Shown: positions 37,550-51,800, counted from the first letter of the stretch. The stretch is 64,000 nucleotides of DNA from Takakia lepidozioides (GCA_030704615.1 CM060733.1:49476001-49540000); one strand, 5' to 3'. Translations and numbers: made by a program. Notes: a model not told the origin generated them from the letters alone.

Positions 37550-39140
37550 GTCTATACTCGCGCATGAGACAAATGGTGAAGAAAAGGAGCATACTCAAAT
37601 TATTGATCAAGAATTATTGATCAAGCAATTCTGAAGTTATTTGTTTCTTTTCAGTTCAGGTAGATGCATAATAATACAAGATCAAACCTTATAAGACGTG
37701 ATTGATGTTAAGCTTTAGTTCAAACTTAGGTCATCTTTAGTTCAACTATTTTACATTTTAACAAGAAGACAGAGAGCAGTAAACTACATGAAAAATGATC
37801 TGTTGGGCCAAGAGATCATGTAGTCGCAAGGTATTTGGGTCAAACATAGAGTTAGAAATAGCTATGAATAGAAGTTGGAGATATGATATAATGAAAATTT
37901 GGCCAATGTCATCTTTCACTTTTTTGCTTTCAATAAAGGTTGGTTGTGTAACTCGATGAGATGGCCAATCAAATCATCATTTAGCATTCAATACATTATG
38001 GTGTTATGTCTTGAAAATGGTTATTTTGATCTTTCAACTTCCAGTAGAGAGTTGGCAGTACATTTCAGATCAAATGACTTATTTCATCACATGAAATTAT
38101 ATTATTGAATAATATTGTCAAATTTACCCTCCAATTTACAATATGTGTTGGTAAAACATTTTATATGGAATAACTTAATCTATTAGATAACATGACTGTT
38201 TTTATTTTACATCATCGTGAATGAAATGAACATTAATTTCATAACCTAAAAAGAGTATTGTACAAATGTTATAAACACACACATTATATATATATATATA
38301 TATATATACCTGAAGGAAATCAGGCCCCTTAAGTCTATGGATGAAATACCTTGAGGCAAGTACAAGCTCATGAAATAGCCCTCAAAGAAAGGGGAGAGAA
38401 TTATGTCCACACCTGACAAGGTAGCAGGATTTGAGCCCAAAATCACCTCGATGGCACTCGATGTACTATCCAAACTGAGACTATGTAGGTAAGATTCTCC
38501 CGTATGGTTTTTGTTTTTTCTGCAACACCAAATTAACCGGGATTGAGGAAGGACATTATTAGGAGGGGGGCTACGATAGTCAGAAAAGGGAAGAGCTGGA
38601 TCTACTTGAGTTTTGTCGATTGTTATTTTTTCATTCAAGTTATTTTGAGGCGGAAGCACAATGGACATCGTGTCTCCACTCATGACATTGTGCCCTATAT
38701 AATCTGTATTGAAAAGGTTACATTCTTATTTTGTTCTCTGCTCCTCAGTTTGACAAATTCTATAAACTTCTCCGCTTTACCCGCATTGTCCCACTAGGAA
38801 CCATGATAGCACACCCTCCAATGTCAATCATCATGTACAAAAACTGATTATTCACTGACAATTTTTTCCAAACCCAATATTACAAGAATTCTTGAATCTT
38901 CAGTTACATATGCATTACAATGTTATTTGTGCATCAACAATTTTTTTACATGCATGTGAACTATCCCTGTTGAGTTACCACAGACAAAAAATAGCAGAAA
39001 GAGCTATGCATTCAAATGAGCTTAATGAAGATGCTGGCAACTGGCTGGTTGATATTGAGTACTATATCTAATTCATAAATTTAATTCATAAATTGCTGGA
39101 GCACTTATAAGACAGAAAGACATATCACCGTAATTGAAAT

Positions 39141-40520
39141 CTTAGTTGCACACATTACGTCCGTCACGTCATCACGTCGCATCAGAAGTGACGCTGACGC
39201 AACCTAAGTTATGTTTATTTTTTGTTAGTAAAAATATATATAAATGAGAGGTGGAAACAATGTTACATTAGTAGCTACATCATATTGACTGACACGTTGA
39301 CATATTAATAATACCGTAATAATTTAAAAATTAAAAATGTAACTCCAACTGCTATATATTGACAGTCGAATCTAATTTAAAATTTAAAAACAACGGCTTT
39401 AAGAATACATGTGACCGCCAAAATTTGGTGGTCGTAGGTTTTATTTTTTTACAAATACGTGCAACCGTCAAAATTTGGCGGTTGCATGTAATTTGTTTTG
39501 AAATAAATATGCGCAACCACCCAAATCCGACGGTCGTATGATAATTTTTTGAAAAATAAGTGCGACCATTGAAATTCAGCGATCGCACATATTGGAAAAA
39601 TATAAAAAATTACATGCGACCGCCAACCTAGGTGGTCACACTAATGTTTCTAAAATAGAAATATATATATATATTTTCCCAAAAATGGATGCGACCGCCA
39701 ATTAAAAAATAAAAACATAATATGAAACCGTTAGCCGTAGCAGTCGTACCAATTTTTGAAAAACTATTTGTTGGTGTTTTATTTGGTTGAAAATGGGTGC
39801 GGCCACCAATTATGGTCGTACCTATTTTTAAGCAAAGCAAAACTTTACATAAGACCGCCAACCTTGGCGGTCAAAACCACTTTTGGAATTATTTATTTAT
39901 TTTTAAGCAAATCCTTGAAATTAGGTGCAACCGCCGATTATTGCGGTTGTATCTATTTGAAAATTACAAGCAACTGCCAACCCTGGCAGTCGCCTCAATT
40001 TTTGATAATATACATGCGACCACCATAATTAGTTGTTACACCTATTTAAAAGAAGAAGAAAAAAACAGATAATCACCAATTATGGCAGTTGTACATATTT
40101 AAAAAAAATGGCGGTCGCACCTATTTTCTTAGAAATTAAGAATTAAAATATGGCAGCTTATTAAAACTGAATATTCAAGCAACCTCTAATATTTGGTGGT
40201 TGTATATTATTAAGAAAACTTTAATAGTTGGTGGACGCAACTAATTAAAAAATATAAAAAACAGAAACGACAGTCAAAACTCGGCTATCGCAATTTATTT
40301 GTTAATGTTTTAATAATATGCTTTTAGTGCTAATTAAATCTACGTGTGCAACCGTGGTCCACCTGGACTGTCACCTTGATATCTATAGTAAAAAAAAATT
40401 GTAGTAAAAGTTGAATGTTAATAATGACAAGAGATACTGTCAATTTTGGCCATGACGCGACGTATGTCTAGACGTGACTTCGCGTATCAGCGCCACGTCA
40501 CATCCATTTGTGCAACCCTG
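39141..40520. repeat. AT-rich TIR-like element containing about 17 degenerate palindromic units (TGCGACCGCCAA-n-TTGGCGGTCGCA)
   Basis: Units from 39409 to about 40295, mostly 35-75 bp apart. Imperfect termini CTTAGTTGCACACAT / ATTTGTGCAACCCTG. Confidence 0.7.
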
Positions 40521-42800
40521 TTCAAAATGTCCATATCTTGTGTAATAAGTGATTTTTCATTTGTCTCATTTTCTTATTCGTATAACGTTGTAAGTTCATC
40601 TCAAGTCGATCGTCGTAAAATTTTGTGCCAAAGTTGTTCGATGAGTCCAAAAATCAGTTGTAACGGCTAACAATTTTTTATGGTGATTTTATTGAGCGCA
40701 CTATAGTGTACACACATGCGTAACGGATTCGTCATTCTTTTTTACGAACAAGAAGGTGCTCCTGCAAATGATTTCAAATGTCAGATTAAGTTCATCGACA
40801 AATTTTCATCAATGTACTCGCATAATGTAGCCAACTCCGTCTGAGATAAGTTATAAATTGGGCCGAATGGTGGTTAGGCTCTTTTTTGTAATTTAATGGC
40901 ACAATCATAAAGACGATGTTCCGGTAATATGTACGTGCTTTTCTTCTCAAAAGTAAGTTTTCTATTGCAATGCAACGGGTAGTCTTCTCATTGAGATGAG
41001 CCCTTCTAGAGTCTTAAGTGAGCCATTGTTTTCACTACATTGGACATGGCTTGAGAAAATGTTGAAAGCTCTGATATCCTGTGGGTGGAATTTTTTTGTT
41101 TCAAATTTCTCCCACGGTTTAGAAGCTTTCGATAGAAAAACTAAAAGGCCAGCAATCATCTTCATAAATTTATATTATATAAGTTAGCCTTCTGCAATGG
41201 TAGTGGCCACCACGATGCTCTCCTCCCCTTCCTCTCCCAAGTCTTTCCCCGTTTCATGATGCTTTCAAACCAGACACAAACGCACAGCCTGCCCTTTTGG
41301 TCTGTTGCATACCGTAAGGCTTCCAGTCCATTCACCACAAGGAAAGAGGAGAATAGAATCCATGTAGCGTACTGTTCGCTCATAGAGAAAGCCGAGTCTT
41401 TTGTCTACATTGAGAACCACTTCTTCATTTCAGATCTAAATAATGATAATGCGATCGAGCTGTGTTGACAAGCTCCGCGAACATCAACGACAGAAGTCTA
41501 CTGGGTTCGCATGACTCAGAGATGGGTGTGGCATGGAAGACGAGGATTACGTGACGTCCTACAGTTAACCCCGAAATGTGCATAAAACACCAATTTGAAC
41601 AGATACATGAGTCTGTAGCCTTGAAACATAACACATTTTATGGAATCAACATAAAGTTTTTTCTTACCTTCGTTCCACCTCCACTGCAATACACCTCGCC
41701 CACTCCAACTCCCTGGACACCTTAGCTGGGTGCTCAACCTTTTTGTTTCTGACGACTCTGACAACCATACAAAGATTTTTGGTACCTGTTGCGTTCTCTT
41801 ACAAGGAAAATGACACTGGCAGAAACTCACATCCCTGAGGGAACCCTGGGTGTAGGGCGAGATTGAACCACCGTCTGCAATGTGCTGAAATTCACATTGA
41901 TAGTGTGCTGCCTACCTCTGTACTGTAAATCCCCCCCCCCATGGGATCATGGATGACATTTGTGGGTCTGGTGATATCCTTAAAATGAATGGGTAGTGCT
42001 TCAATACCTTTGTCCGTTATTGTGTTGATCGGAATTGCACAAATTTCAAATGTCGCATTCTTCTTTGTTGTCCTCATAAAAGTTTTAGCTCTAAGAATTG
42101 GAGGCCGAATATTTTTGATACTTTTACATTTTTGTCTCGTAGAAATTCTTCGTGATCGATAGTCAATGTCAGGATTATGTAGTACATACTACAAACCAGG
42201 GGAGCCTAATGGTCAAATGATGCGTAAGAGATTGGATGATGTCAAGAACAATCTGCGATATTTGATCTTCAAGCTTCACCTTTAGTGATTGAGTTTCGTG
42301 GATAACATCACCTAGTGCTAACGGTCGTCTATCAATGACTTCAATTTTGGGCCGAGAATGTTTTTTTTTACGAACGTCAAATTGTGTTGTTTTACATGCT
42401 GAAGCTCCCAAGTCGAAAAGTGATTCTTTGGGATGTCACGATTTTGCATTCTAATTTTAACATGGATTGTGAAATGAAATGCAGGGTTGGAGGTAGCAAA
42501 AGATTATTTTGTAAGGAAATGGTCGTGTCCAACCACATGGTCCCTACTGAGACTAGACATCTTTGTTTTCTGATGTCACTATATCAAAGTTCGTTGGAGT
42601 TATGCCCCAAGCTTTGAATCTTCTTTTGATGGGGCAATTTCCCGCTATGCGATCGGGTTCTCTATAATATAGACACAATCTATTTGACTTTTGTCTTTGT
42701 TTTTCTTCTTGCATCTGTGGTTTAAATCGAGTAGCATCAATTTGCATATGATTATTGCCATGCATATGGTTGGTCGTCATGTTTAGTATGGTGGTAGTAA
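40521..42800 (-). mobile_element. Degenerate Tcn1/Tf2-like gypsy (gag end, protease, RT N-terminal half)
   Basis: MQIDATRFKP...LCLYYREPDRIAGNCP (gag knuckle), GASAC...IEVIDRRPL...HETQSL (protease), [23 protein letters not shown] and YGHFE (RT). Interrupted by non-TE sequence at about 41.2-41.9 kb. Confidence 0.85.
41330..41550 (+). pseudogene. Phospholipase D (PLD-zeta-like) gene fragment
   Basis: EENRIHVAYCSLIEKAESFVYIENHFFISDL joined almost directly to SSANINDRSLLGSHDSEMGV. Confidence 0.8.
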
Positions 42801-44648
42801 AAGCAATGGTATTGTGCTGGATTGCTATAAGATAGCATACCCTATTACCTCCCTTTTAAGCTCATGGATTTTTATTGCACAAAATACTTTATATTATCTT
42901 ACATCCGAAATATATGTAATGATGTGATGACGCTTCCATATAGAACAATTTTTTGCTTCAATTTTGGTGTGTGTATGAATTTGTTATAATTTACTGAACT
43001 AAATTTTTCAACTGGCCTCTTCTGCCTCTTGATACATCTATCATACATCTAGTCTGGGCCCACATCTATCCTTGCAAGCGCTCATTATGTTTATTCAGCG
43101 TTCTGATTATGGTTATTGTCAGATTAGAATAACTTTTAATACACTGTTTAACTACATGTTGACTTTTATAGTTTACAGTTTTTATGTTAATAAAAACAAG
43201 TCAGGGAAATATTTTAAAGATGACTCAATCTTAACCTAGCTAGTATCCTATTGGGCCAAATCTAATGTTGCTCTAATTTTCTTAGATCTCTGTCACCTGC
43301 AGCTTAGGATTCCCCCTCTTTCCCAACTTCAAACCACTCAACTGATAATCCTAAATGCGTCCTTCACTTTATCCCGAATGTCCATCCCTATCCTCATTAT
43401 CGTGCATGCTGCAGGTAAACATCTCGTGATTCATCTCGTGTAGTTTTGCAAAAACACCCCGTGATTCATGCATTGTCATGTCTACAAACACAGAGATCCA
43501 TCTACAGTAGGCCGCAGAACTAAACTCGACGTTTGGAAGCTGTGGTAACAATCTCATTAAAAAATGCACCTCATTCAAATATAAAGACACTTAACATATC
43601 GCATTAAAAACGTATCGTCGTGTTCAAATTAACATTAATAATGTCATCCATCCACATGATGGAATGAACAAAATTCCGTCCATATTTTTGCATAATTCCG
43701 TCCATGTGTCCAGTGCGTTTGCCAAGGACGCCAAGGACGGTTTAGGGATTTTTTTTGGAGGGCGGAATTAGGAAAGAAGCCGGCGATAGGGTAGGCTACC
43801 TTATTGGTTAGCATTGAGTAAACTACAAGCCTTGTAGCAAGATAGTTAATATGGATTCAAAACTTCCTCAAATACAATTAAATAAGTAGGGCCCTAAGGC
43901 TAGTATAAGGTAGAGACTAGCATGTGAGAGCCATAAATGAAGTGGCTACTATGATTTTTAATTTTTCCTTAAAATTATATATATATATTATATATATAAT
44001 TAAACTTGTTGAGTTGTGCCATTTTGCGGTGTGACACAACAATTTGAATAATATTAATCACATGTTGGATGTCACAAAGTGTCTACATTTCTCATCTAAA
44101 GGCAATATCCCTTGAATGACATCATAAGTTAGGGTTGCTTCGACAACGTGTTCGTAATCTCTCCATGTGGATTCAAATGTATGCACCCAGAAAGCAACGG
44201 TAGAGACAGTACCAATACTAAACAATAAACCTCCGAAAATCTGGGAAGGGCTCTTCCTGAAGGTCGGCAAAATGGGATTGGACCGGCCAATGGGGAGGGA
44301 ATGCTGGCCAATTGGAATGGGTGGATGGTGAGGGCAAGTATAGAGGGTAGCGTAGAAACCTGAAGGTCTGCTGAAAGATCTAGAGCATTCAAGAAGGAGG
44401 ATGAGGCGGCAACAGACTCTAGAAACATTTGAGAAGTAGGATATAAACACGTGGTTGTGGTGCAAGGACGGTGAGGCAGTGACGGACGGTGGGGCCCGTG
44501 ACTTGCGGCTGCTGCACGAGGAGCTTAGAGTGGTGCCCAGTACGGTGGGGCCAGTGAATTGCAGGAGGAGCCTAGAGCGGTGCTAGGTACGGTGGGCCCA
44601 GTGGGTTGCGGGTGCTCTAAGAGGAGGCAGCATCATAGGGTATAGAAA

Positions 44649-45400
44649 ATGGTGAGGATGAAAGTTGTGGCTAGGGAGAGGGCAAAAGAAAAATGCAAGA
44701 TCAGTGAAAAGTATGTGGAAGTCAGTGTTTCCATCGGTATGTGTGCAGCGGATATAGACGTCATATGTTTACAGAAGATGAAAAATTTCATCGACCGTAT
44801 ATGCATCTATGTGCATTGGAGAGCATTGATACTCTGTTTTGTCCTTACAAATGGTTTGTACAGTGTACGTCTCCAGCTTGTTGATGTAAAACAGACTCAT
44901 TAAAAAAGAACTTGGATGGGATGATCCCAAAGTTGTACCTCTGGGATATAGTTCATTGTAAAGCCCTTCGAGGAAAAGGTTTGCATATTTTTATTGGTAT
45001 GGTTGGTTACTATTTGAAGAACGTCGACAAACCTGGTTTCAAATTTGTGCACCGCAATGTCAGTTCTGAACATATGCAGAATGGACTTGAAGAGTATATC
45101 AAGTACAACGCTTCATCAATTAAAAAACGAGTGTGCATGTCTCACACATCAAAATTTATTAGAGTACGCACAAATGTGGTCAAAATACAAAATGTGCAAA
45201 CAACTTGATACCGCCCTGCCAAGTGTTCTCTTCAACATGTTAAAATCTAGTTAATTCTATCCTGCAGCATCTTGGGTTGTTCCATTTAAAAATAGCGGCA
45301 TGGATTTTAACAGAGCTCAATCGATCTGGAATGCAATGATCGAACTGCATGTGTTAGAAATGGTGGATGTGGTACGGATTTTCTTTGAATGTGGTACAAC
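44649..45400 (+). mobile_element. Degenerate replitron (HUH endonuclease transposase)
   Basis: VEVSVSIG, IKKELGWD, VHCKALRGKGLHIFIGMVGYYLK, HRNVS...GLEEYIKY, KKRVCMS, MLKSS*FYPAASWVVP...GMDFNRAQSIW...VRIFF occur in the order expected for replitron transposases. The HUH motif is decayed and there are frameshifts. Confidence 0.75.
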
Positions 45401-45825
45401 TAGTTCTCGTTTGCGGGAATTGTACTCTATTGAACTTGCAGAGAAGGCTGATGTTAAATCGGGGTTGTCCAATTCTATAGGTTAAATACACAGTCTTCCT
45501 ACTCCAATGCATACTCTTGTTGCTCAACAAGTTCCATACATCCCTGTATCTCTTAGAACCCGTGGGGACGAGCATGCATTTTAGATCTATTAATTGCTTT
45601 CTTTGGTGTTTTTATGTTCTTTTAACTTTCAATTGTTTATATTTGTAAAAAGAGGCTGCATTCTTTATTGCCTAGAGCTCAGTGGATCCTGTGCACATCG
45701 AGTACTCGATAAGTCTCTCTTTGTGAAATTATTTGTCTCTTCCTTGGATTAAGGGTCAGAGAAGTGGGACAAGGAGTTTCCCTTGTTTCCCTTTTCTCTT
45801 GCACAAAATGAAAAAAAAAAAAAAC

Positions 45826-48800
45826 AATTAACTAGATGACTAATCTATATTCATGGCAGGATAATATGTGAAGAGGAAGCGATGGAGCTCCGCGAAACGC
45901 AGAAGGAGACTTCGCGAGCAAGCTCAACGGTCTCTACGGCTCCAACGTCTCTTCAGGAGAGACCCACCAAGCTCCAGTCCATGCTTCATCACCAAACTAT
46001 CAAACGCACGGCGCTCTCTACTGCTACCCATCAATATCAACCCAGGCCCAAGGCATCGTCAACGCACTCAAAAAACGGACCGCTCTCAGTTCTGCTCTAG
46101 ATGACCTCATCATCCACAATGATGGTTTTGAGGTGATACTTATCTCCTCTTGTTAACAAAACTCACCATCTCTATCCATCTACCTTCATCCCCGACATGA
46201 ACTGCTACACCCAGCTCCCATGGCACTTTTCAATTGAATGACCGCAACCAAGTTTAGCTCCTGTCCCTGAGCATTCAAGCCGTTCCAATCCACCCCCGGG
46301 AGCTCACTGCCTTCGTGGCGCCAAACGCAAAGTTCTCTTCACTCAGCTCTTCGCTTTGAGCAAAGACAGCCAAATCTAGCTACACTAGATTTTTGTTGCG
46401 AACGCAGAGCCTCCCCCCCCCCCTCTTCCACCAGCAACAATGGGTCCTAGCTATCTCCACAAAGGCCAACGGAGGCATCCCAAAGGCAGAATCCCACGAG
46501 ACATCACAAGAAATCCTATGCAGCGCCCTCCAATGCACTCGGGCTCTGATTTCTTCCTTGCTCACCAGGCTCTAGCTCTTGGAGAGGATATATTTGGACC
46601 TGCTCAACAACATGTAGTAATGGAGCAACACTCTCTTGAGCCAGGAGGGCCAAGCTCGCCAGCGCATTCAAGCTCCTCCCAAAACTCCAAAAGAAAGGAG
46701 GATAGACCTCTGGAAGACACTACTTCCATTCAAGAGGCCATGGGTAAGGACCCATTCTCCATTCAACTGGACATCCAGAGCTTGAATCAAAAGATTGCTG
46801 ACATGCAAGAGAGAAGCATCCTCCTTCACTTTCCAGGGAAGAAAGTGGATCGCTCTTCTGTGAGAAAATGGGTCACATCCCATCTGGGAGGGCAAGGTGA
46901 TCTTCAACAACACTTCTGCCATGCAAAGGGGAGGAGATTTTATTCCATTCTATTTGAAAATAGGCAGCTCAAAAGGCCTTACATTTCAATCCCCACCTCA
47001 AAGGGTACAATGTTAACATATTCCCATGGTCCCCAATGATGGGCAACAAAAATGGCAAGATATGGGCCCCTAGAATTGTGGTGGTTTCACAAATAATTCC
47101 AGACCAGTATCTCTTCGTTCTCCCTGTCATATTTGGAAACTCTCTTGGATGCTATCTAGGATGTTTGGCAGTCTTTGATCCCAACATGCCCTTGGAGGCT
47201 CTGAGAAATGACCCTGCATGGAAAGATGCCACGATAGCCTCAAAAATCAAGGAAAATGGGGCCCCAAAAATGGTCATCATGATGCCAAGTGAAGACACAA
47301 TACCAGAATATGTCAGGCTGCCAATTGACGACATGGGTAACTTCTTCACAATCAAGCTAATGGAGGACTGCTCCAGCTCAGCCTGCTTCAACTGTGGGAT
47401 GCAGGGGCACATGAAAGCTCAATGCACCCAAGGAAAAAGGAAAAGACAATCTCCAAAGAAGAACGCAACCCCCCAATCAACCTCCACCCTCCACAGACTC
47501 ATGGACCTCAGCCAGGCATTCTTCGCAATCAGCTGCCTCCTTCCAACACAAGCGTCCCACATCAAGAGGCTAGAGCTCAAGAATGGATGATATATTCACT
47601 AGCTGTCCCTGTCTCCCATGTGGCCAAAAGATCAAGACGCCCAGCAGATCCAATGATATTTGAGGCCGAGGTCCACAATGCTCCAATGCCAAGGCACTTC
47701 CACTGTCTGCAATCAAAATCTAGACATCGTGCTACTGGGAAGTCCTTTGACGCACCAGTCATAACCCAGAGAAGAGAGGCATCTCTATGCCTAGACTCAC
47801 GGCAATTCCACCATCAACATTCCACAGAGAGGGGAGTCGTTGCGCCCTCAGGTAACACTCAAGTCCGGAGCCCACCATGAAACCAAGCTCAATCTTCACA
47901 TGACCTCACGATCAATATTACACACCAAGGAGCTGGACCATCCAACATTCAAATCAACCAGCCAATGCGTTCTATAGACTTTCAGGACCCAAAAGCAAAG
48001 ATTGGGATTGCATTGAACCCTCTGTTAGCCAACATCTGCCTCAGACCTCCAGCATTAAATCTGCAAGGATGCTCACAACTCAACACAGACAATGAACCGC
48101 AGGCTGCCTGTGTACCCCGCTGATATACTGGCGGGAAAAGCATCAACAATTTTCTATCACCTCACCGGAAAGAGAAGGCATGGAATCACTATGGCTAACT
48201 ACTAAGGATGTCAAAGAGTTTGTGGCCAAAAACCCGATGGACAACAGTCCCATTCCAACTCTTAAGGGGGAAATTGCAGACTACTTTAAAGCCTACCTGC
48301 CCCAATTCAAACTCTCCGGCACTGCCCCAATTGCATGGGGGGGCTATGTGGAAGACTACCCAGGGATAAGCGATGGCTCGTCAACTCAGATCCTGGCACT
48401 ACTAAATGCAGAAAAAAATCTGTAATGGCCCGCCACTCTCTAACGAATTGTGGGTTAGAGATGCAGCAGACTCGGCACCGTGGTGCTCCAATCAAGCTCA
48501 ATACAGGGCCAGAGACACATTGACAAATGGCTTTCAAATCCTTCAAGCTATTTTGGAAAAAGAGGATGCTGAAACAAGTGAACGAAGGGCTATGAAACAA
48601 CCACATGATGACTCATCTGACTCCGAGGAAATTCCACACGATCCTCTTCAACTTCTGCAGCCAGCAGAGATGGAAGAACAGGAAACTCAACCAAGGAGCC
48701 CACCTGTGATGGAGACAATGCAATCCCCCCCCCCCAATACTGACTTCACCTGTCATCCAGCCAGAAGGGCATTGTCAGGTATGGCTCCAACCTACTATAG

Positions 48801-51800
48801 TTTTTTACTATGCATGCATGATTAGAGACCCCCAGCGTTGTTGGGTGCTATGTTAAGCCCCAAGCATCGACGGAGATATCGCAAGACCTTGCCAACATTA
48901 GAGTGGTCAGACAAAGACAAAATCAGCTGATTACAACATTTCCCAGACAGTGTTGGTCCAACTCCCCTCGCTGTCTACAAGAAATTTTGGTTTGGAATGC
49001 CACCACCCAGTCACCAAGCGTCTCTGCAAAGCCTGCCCAAAGACCAATTCCAAAACCTATCTGACCAAGCCACTCTAAGCCACAAACCCATAGGGCTCTT
49101 CATTCAATTAACCCCTAATGGACTAGGCAATTTCTGGTGGGCCCCCTCCAAAACAGGACATACCCTCACGGATGAGGGTATATCTCTCAGGAAACTAACA
49201 TCCACAGGGATGAACCGTATGAATGGGAGGCTACCTACTTCATCCAGCTGCTGTAAAAATTTCAGCTCATTCCACCGTGTCGTTTGGGAGATTATAAGAA
49301 ATTTGCAAGCCCAAAATTTGGGGTACACTCCAAATTTAGAGTGGAAAAATGGTTTGACCAGGAAATTGGATCGACAAAATATTTTTTCCTCGCAAGACCA
49401 TCCAGATTCCAATTATGTGGCACCTAAAGCATGTTCCCCCAAAATTTCAAAGCAGAATTCTAAAATCTTGATAAGGTTGCTTTGTATGGAAAAACAGGGG
49501 GGTCAAAAATACACCATGAAGCTCAAATGACATGGAATTCAGGCTTAGGGGGTCAAAATTTCCTTGGAATCACAATTGCTGCGGTGAAAGTGTTCCTTGA
49601 ATGATGAACTACTACCTCCAAAAAGAAATTCAGAATTCTAACAAAAATTCAGGTAGAGATTTGCATTTGTTTCCATTTGTACTTTTGCCTTGTTGTCACC
49701 CCTTCAGCCTGCCACGTCACTAAGTCAAACTTGCTGGACGACCAATTTTGGGCACCCTTGCACACTAAAAAAATTACTGACGGCAGGGCTTTCATTATTT
49801 TAGGGTGCCATAAAGACGGGCAAGTGCATGACATCAAGGTGCACAACTTTCCTTCAGAAAGTTTTTTCATCCAAGGTCATCCAACGATTTGCCATCGTGG
49901 ATGATTTCTGACATGACCCTGACGCGACCCGAAACGGGTCGCCTCGTCCATTAGGGGTTAAAAAGCTTCTCCTCCAAAGCTCCACCAGGATTGACATAGG
50001 TCAAAACACTACTCCCTAAAGACAAGAGAGCAAAAAATTTCTTCCAAGAAACCAGGCCATCAAATTTGGAGATTCTCTCTCCAAGCCTGCCAAGCTTGTT
50101 CAATATTGATTAAACTACACACATGAAACATAAGGGAATTGGCTCCTGCCAAACCTCCAGCAAAAAGGCCAAACTTAAAACCTGGCTTGCTCCATACCTT
50201 CACGAAGATGCTATCTTCATGCTGCAGGAACATAAACTTGAGATTTCCAAGATTATAGCTCTTGGAGACCAGCTTTGGCCAGCTGAGCACAACCACTGGA
50301 ACCAGACCATCGGAAACTCTAGAGGCGGCACGGTTATTTTTGTTAGCCCATCTCTCTCCAACCTGGTGACAGCCTCCTCCACATGGTTGCAAGGTAGAGT
50401 TCAAATACTGACTATGTTGATGCCCAACAATGCCGGAGCAATAGGAGTCATCAACCTCTATGCTCCAAACACTCCTCAAGAACGATCGATGCTTTGGAGT
50501 TTCATCTATGCAAAAATGGAAGTCGAGCCTAACATTTCAAAGTGGATCCTGGCGGGCGATTACAACATGGTGGAATCCAAGGCTGACAGAATGGGAGTTG
50601 GCTCCCAATGCCTTGGACTTCAAGAAGAGTCGGAGTGGCAGAAGCTGGTCCACAATTACTCCCTGTTGGAGCCTCGCCGTGCCTCAGCCTCAGGACCCTC
50701 TCCCCCGCTACAATATACCTGGTCAAACAATAGAACAGGAACAGAGCTCAGTATGGCCCGTTTAGACAAGTTTTACCTGTCCTCAAGCCTGGCTTTTCGG
50801 GCCAACAAAATCACCAAGAGCCCATTTTCCAGGAATTCGACCACGCTAACGTTCAGATTTCTCTAAACATGCATTGTCTTCCCAAAAGGGGCAGAGGTTT
50901 ATTCAGGCTCAACGCCTCAATTCTCAAAATTCCAGAGGTTCAACAAAAACTCAAGATAACCTGGCAGGAATCTGGTCAACTTATCCCCTGTCCAATTCGC
51001 TCATTCCTTGCCAAGCTCAAAGCTGCCAAAAATCAAAGCCAGGAAATTAGCCAAAAACTGGCTAGTGCAAGGAAGAAGAAACAACTGGCCCTCACTAAGT
51101 GCCTGGCAGTGTGCCAGAAAATTCTTGAAGGAGACCAATCTGATCCATTCGTCTTCCAAACATACGTGGAAGCAAGAATGAACTTGGACTCTTTTGAAAA
51201 GGGGTTGGAAACAAAGCTAAAAATCCAGGCAGGGATCAACTGGTCAACAAATGGAGAAAAAATGTCAAAATATTTTTTTGACAAAGTCCAAGTGTGTTGC
51301 GCAAGACAAGCAATCCCTGAGCTCCATGATTCGCAGGGTATCACTCAATCTGACCCCAAGAAAATCACTGCCACATAGCCACTTCGCCACCATTTTCAAA
51401 CAAAGGGAGCAATCAGAAGCCATTAACCAAGCCATACAAACATGCATCCAATCTCACCCTGTTAAAATTGGCTAGCAGGAAGCCGCTGCATTGGACGGGG
51501 CATTCATAGAATCTGAGCTAGGTTTAGCTCTGGAATCTATGTCAAAGCTCAAAGCACCAGGAGAAGACGGAATGCCAATGGAGTTTTTTAAACTGATGTG
51601 GCAACACATCTCTGCCGACTTCTGTAAAATGGCCAATGCCATCAAGGACGCTGGGGAAATGCCCAAAGAGTTGTCACAAGGGGTAATAGTGCTTCTTTAC
51701 AAAAAGGGTGAGAGAAGGGACATAGCCAACTACAGGCCAACCACCCTTCTCAATGTCTCGTATAAAATCATCGCTAAATCCCTCGCCCTTTGCCTTCAGC

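Noticed and set aside
39409-40295. CRISPR-like repeat-spacer array
   Set aside because: The repeats are highly degenerate, the spacers are low-complexity AT runs of uneven length, there are no cas genes, and the context is eukaryotic.
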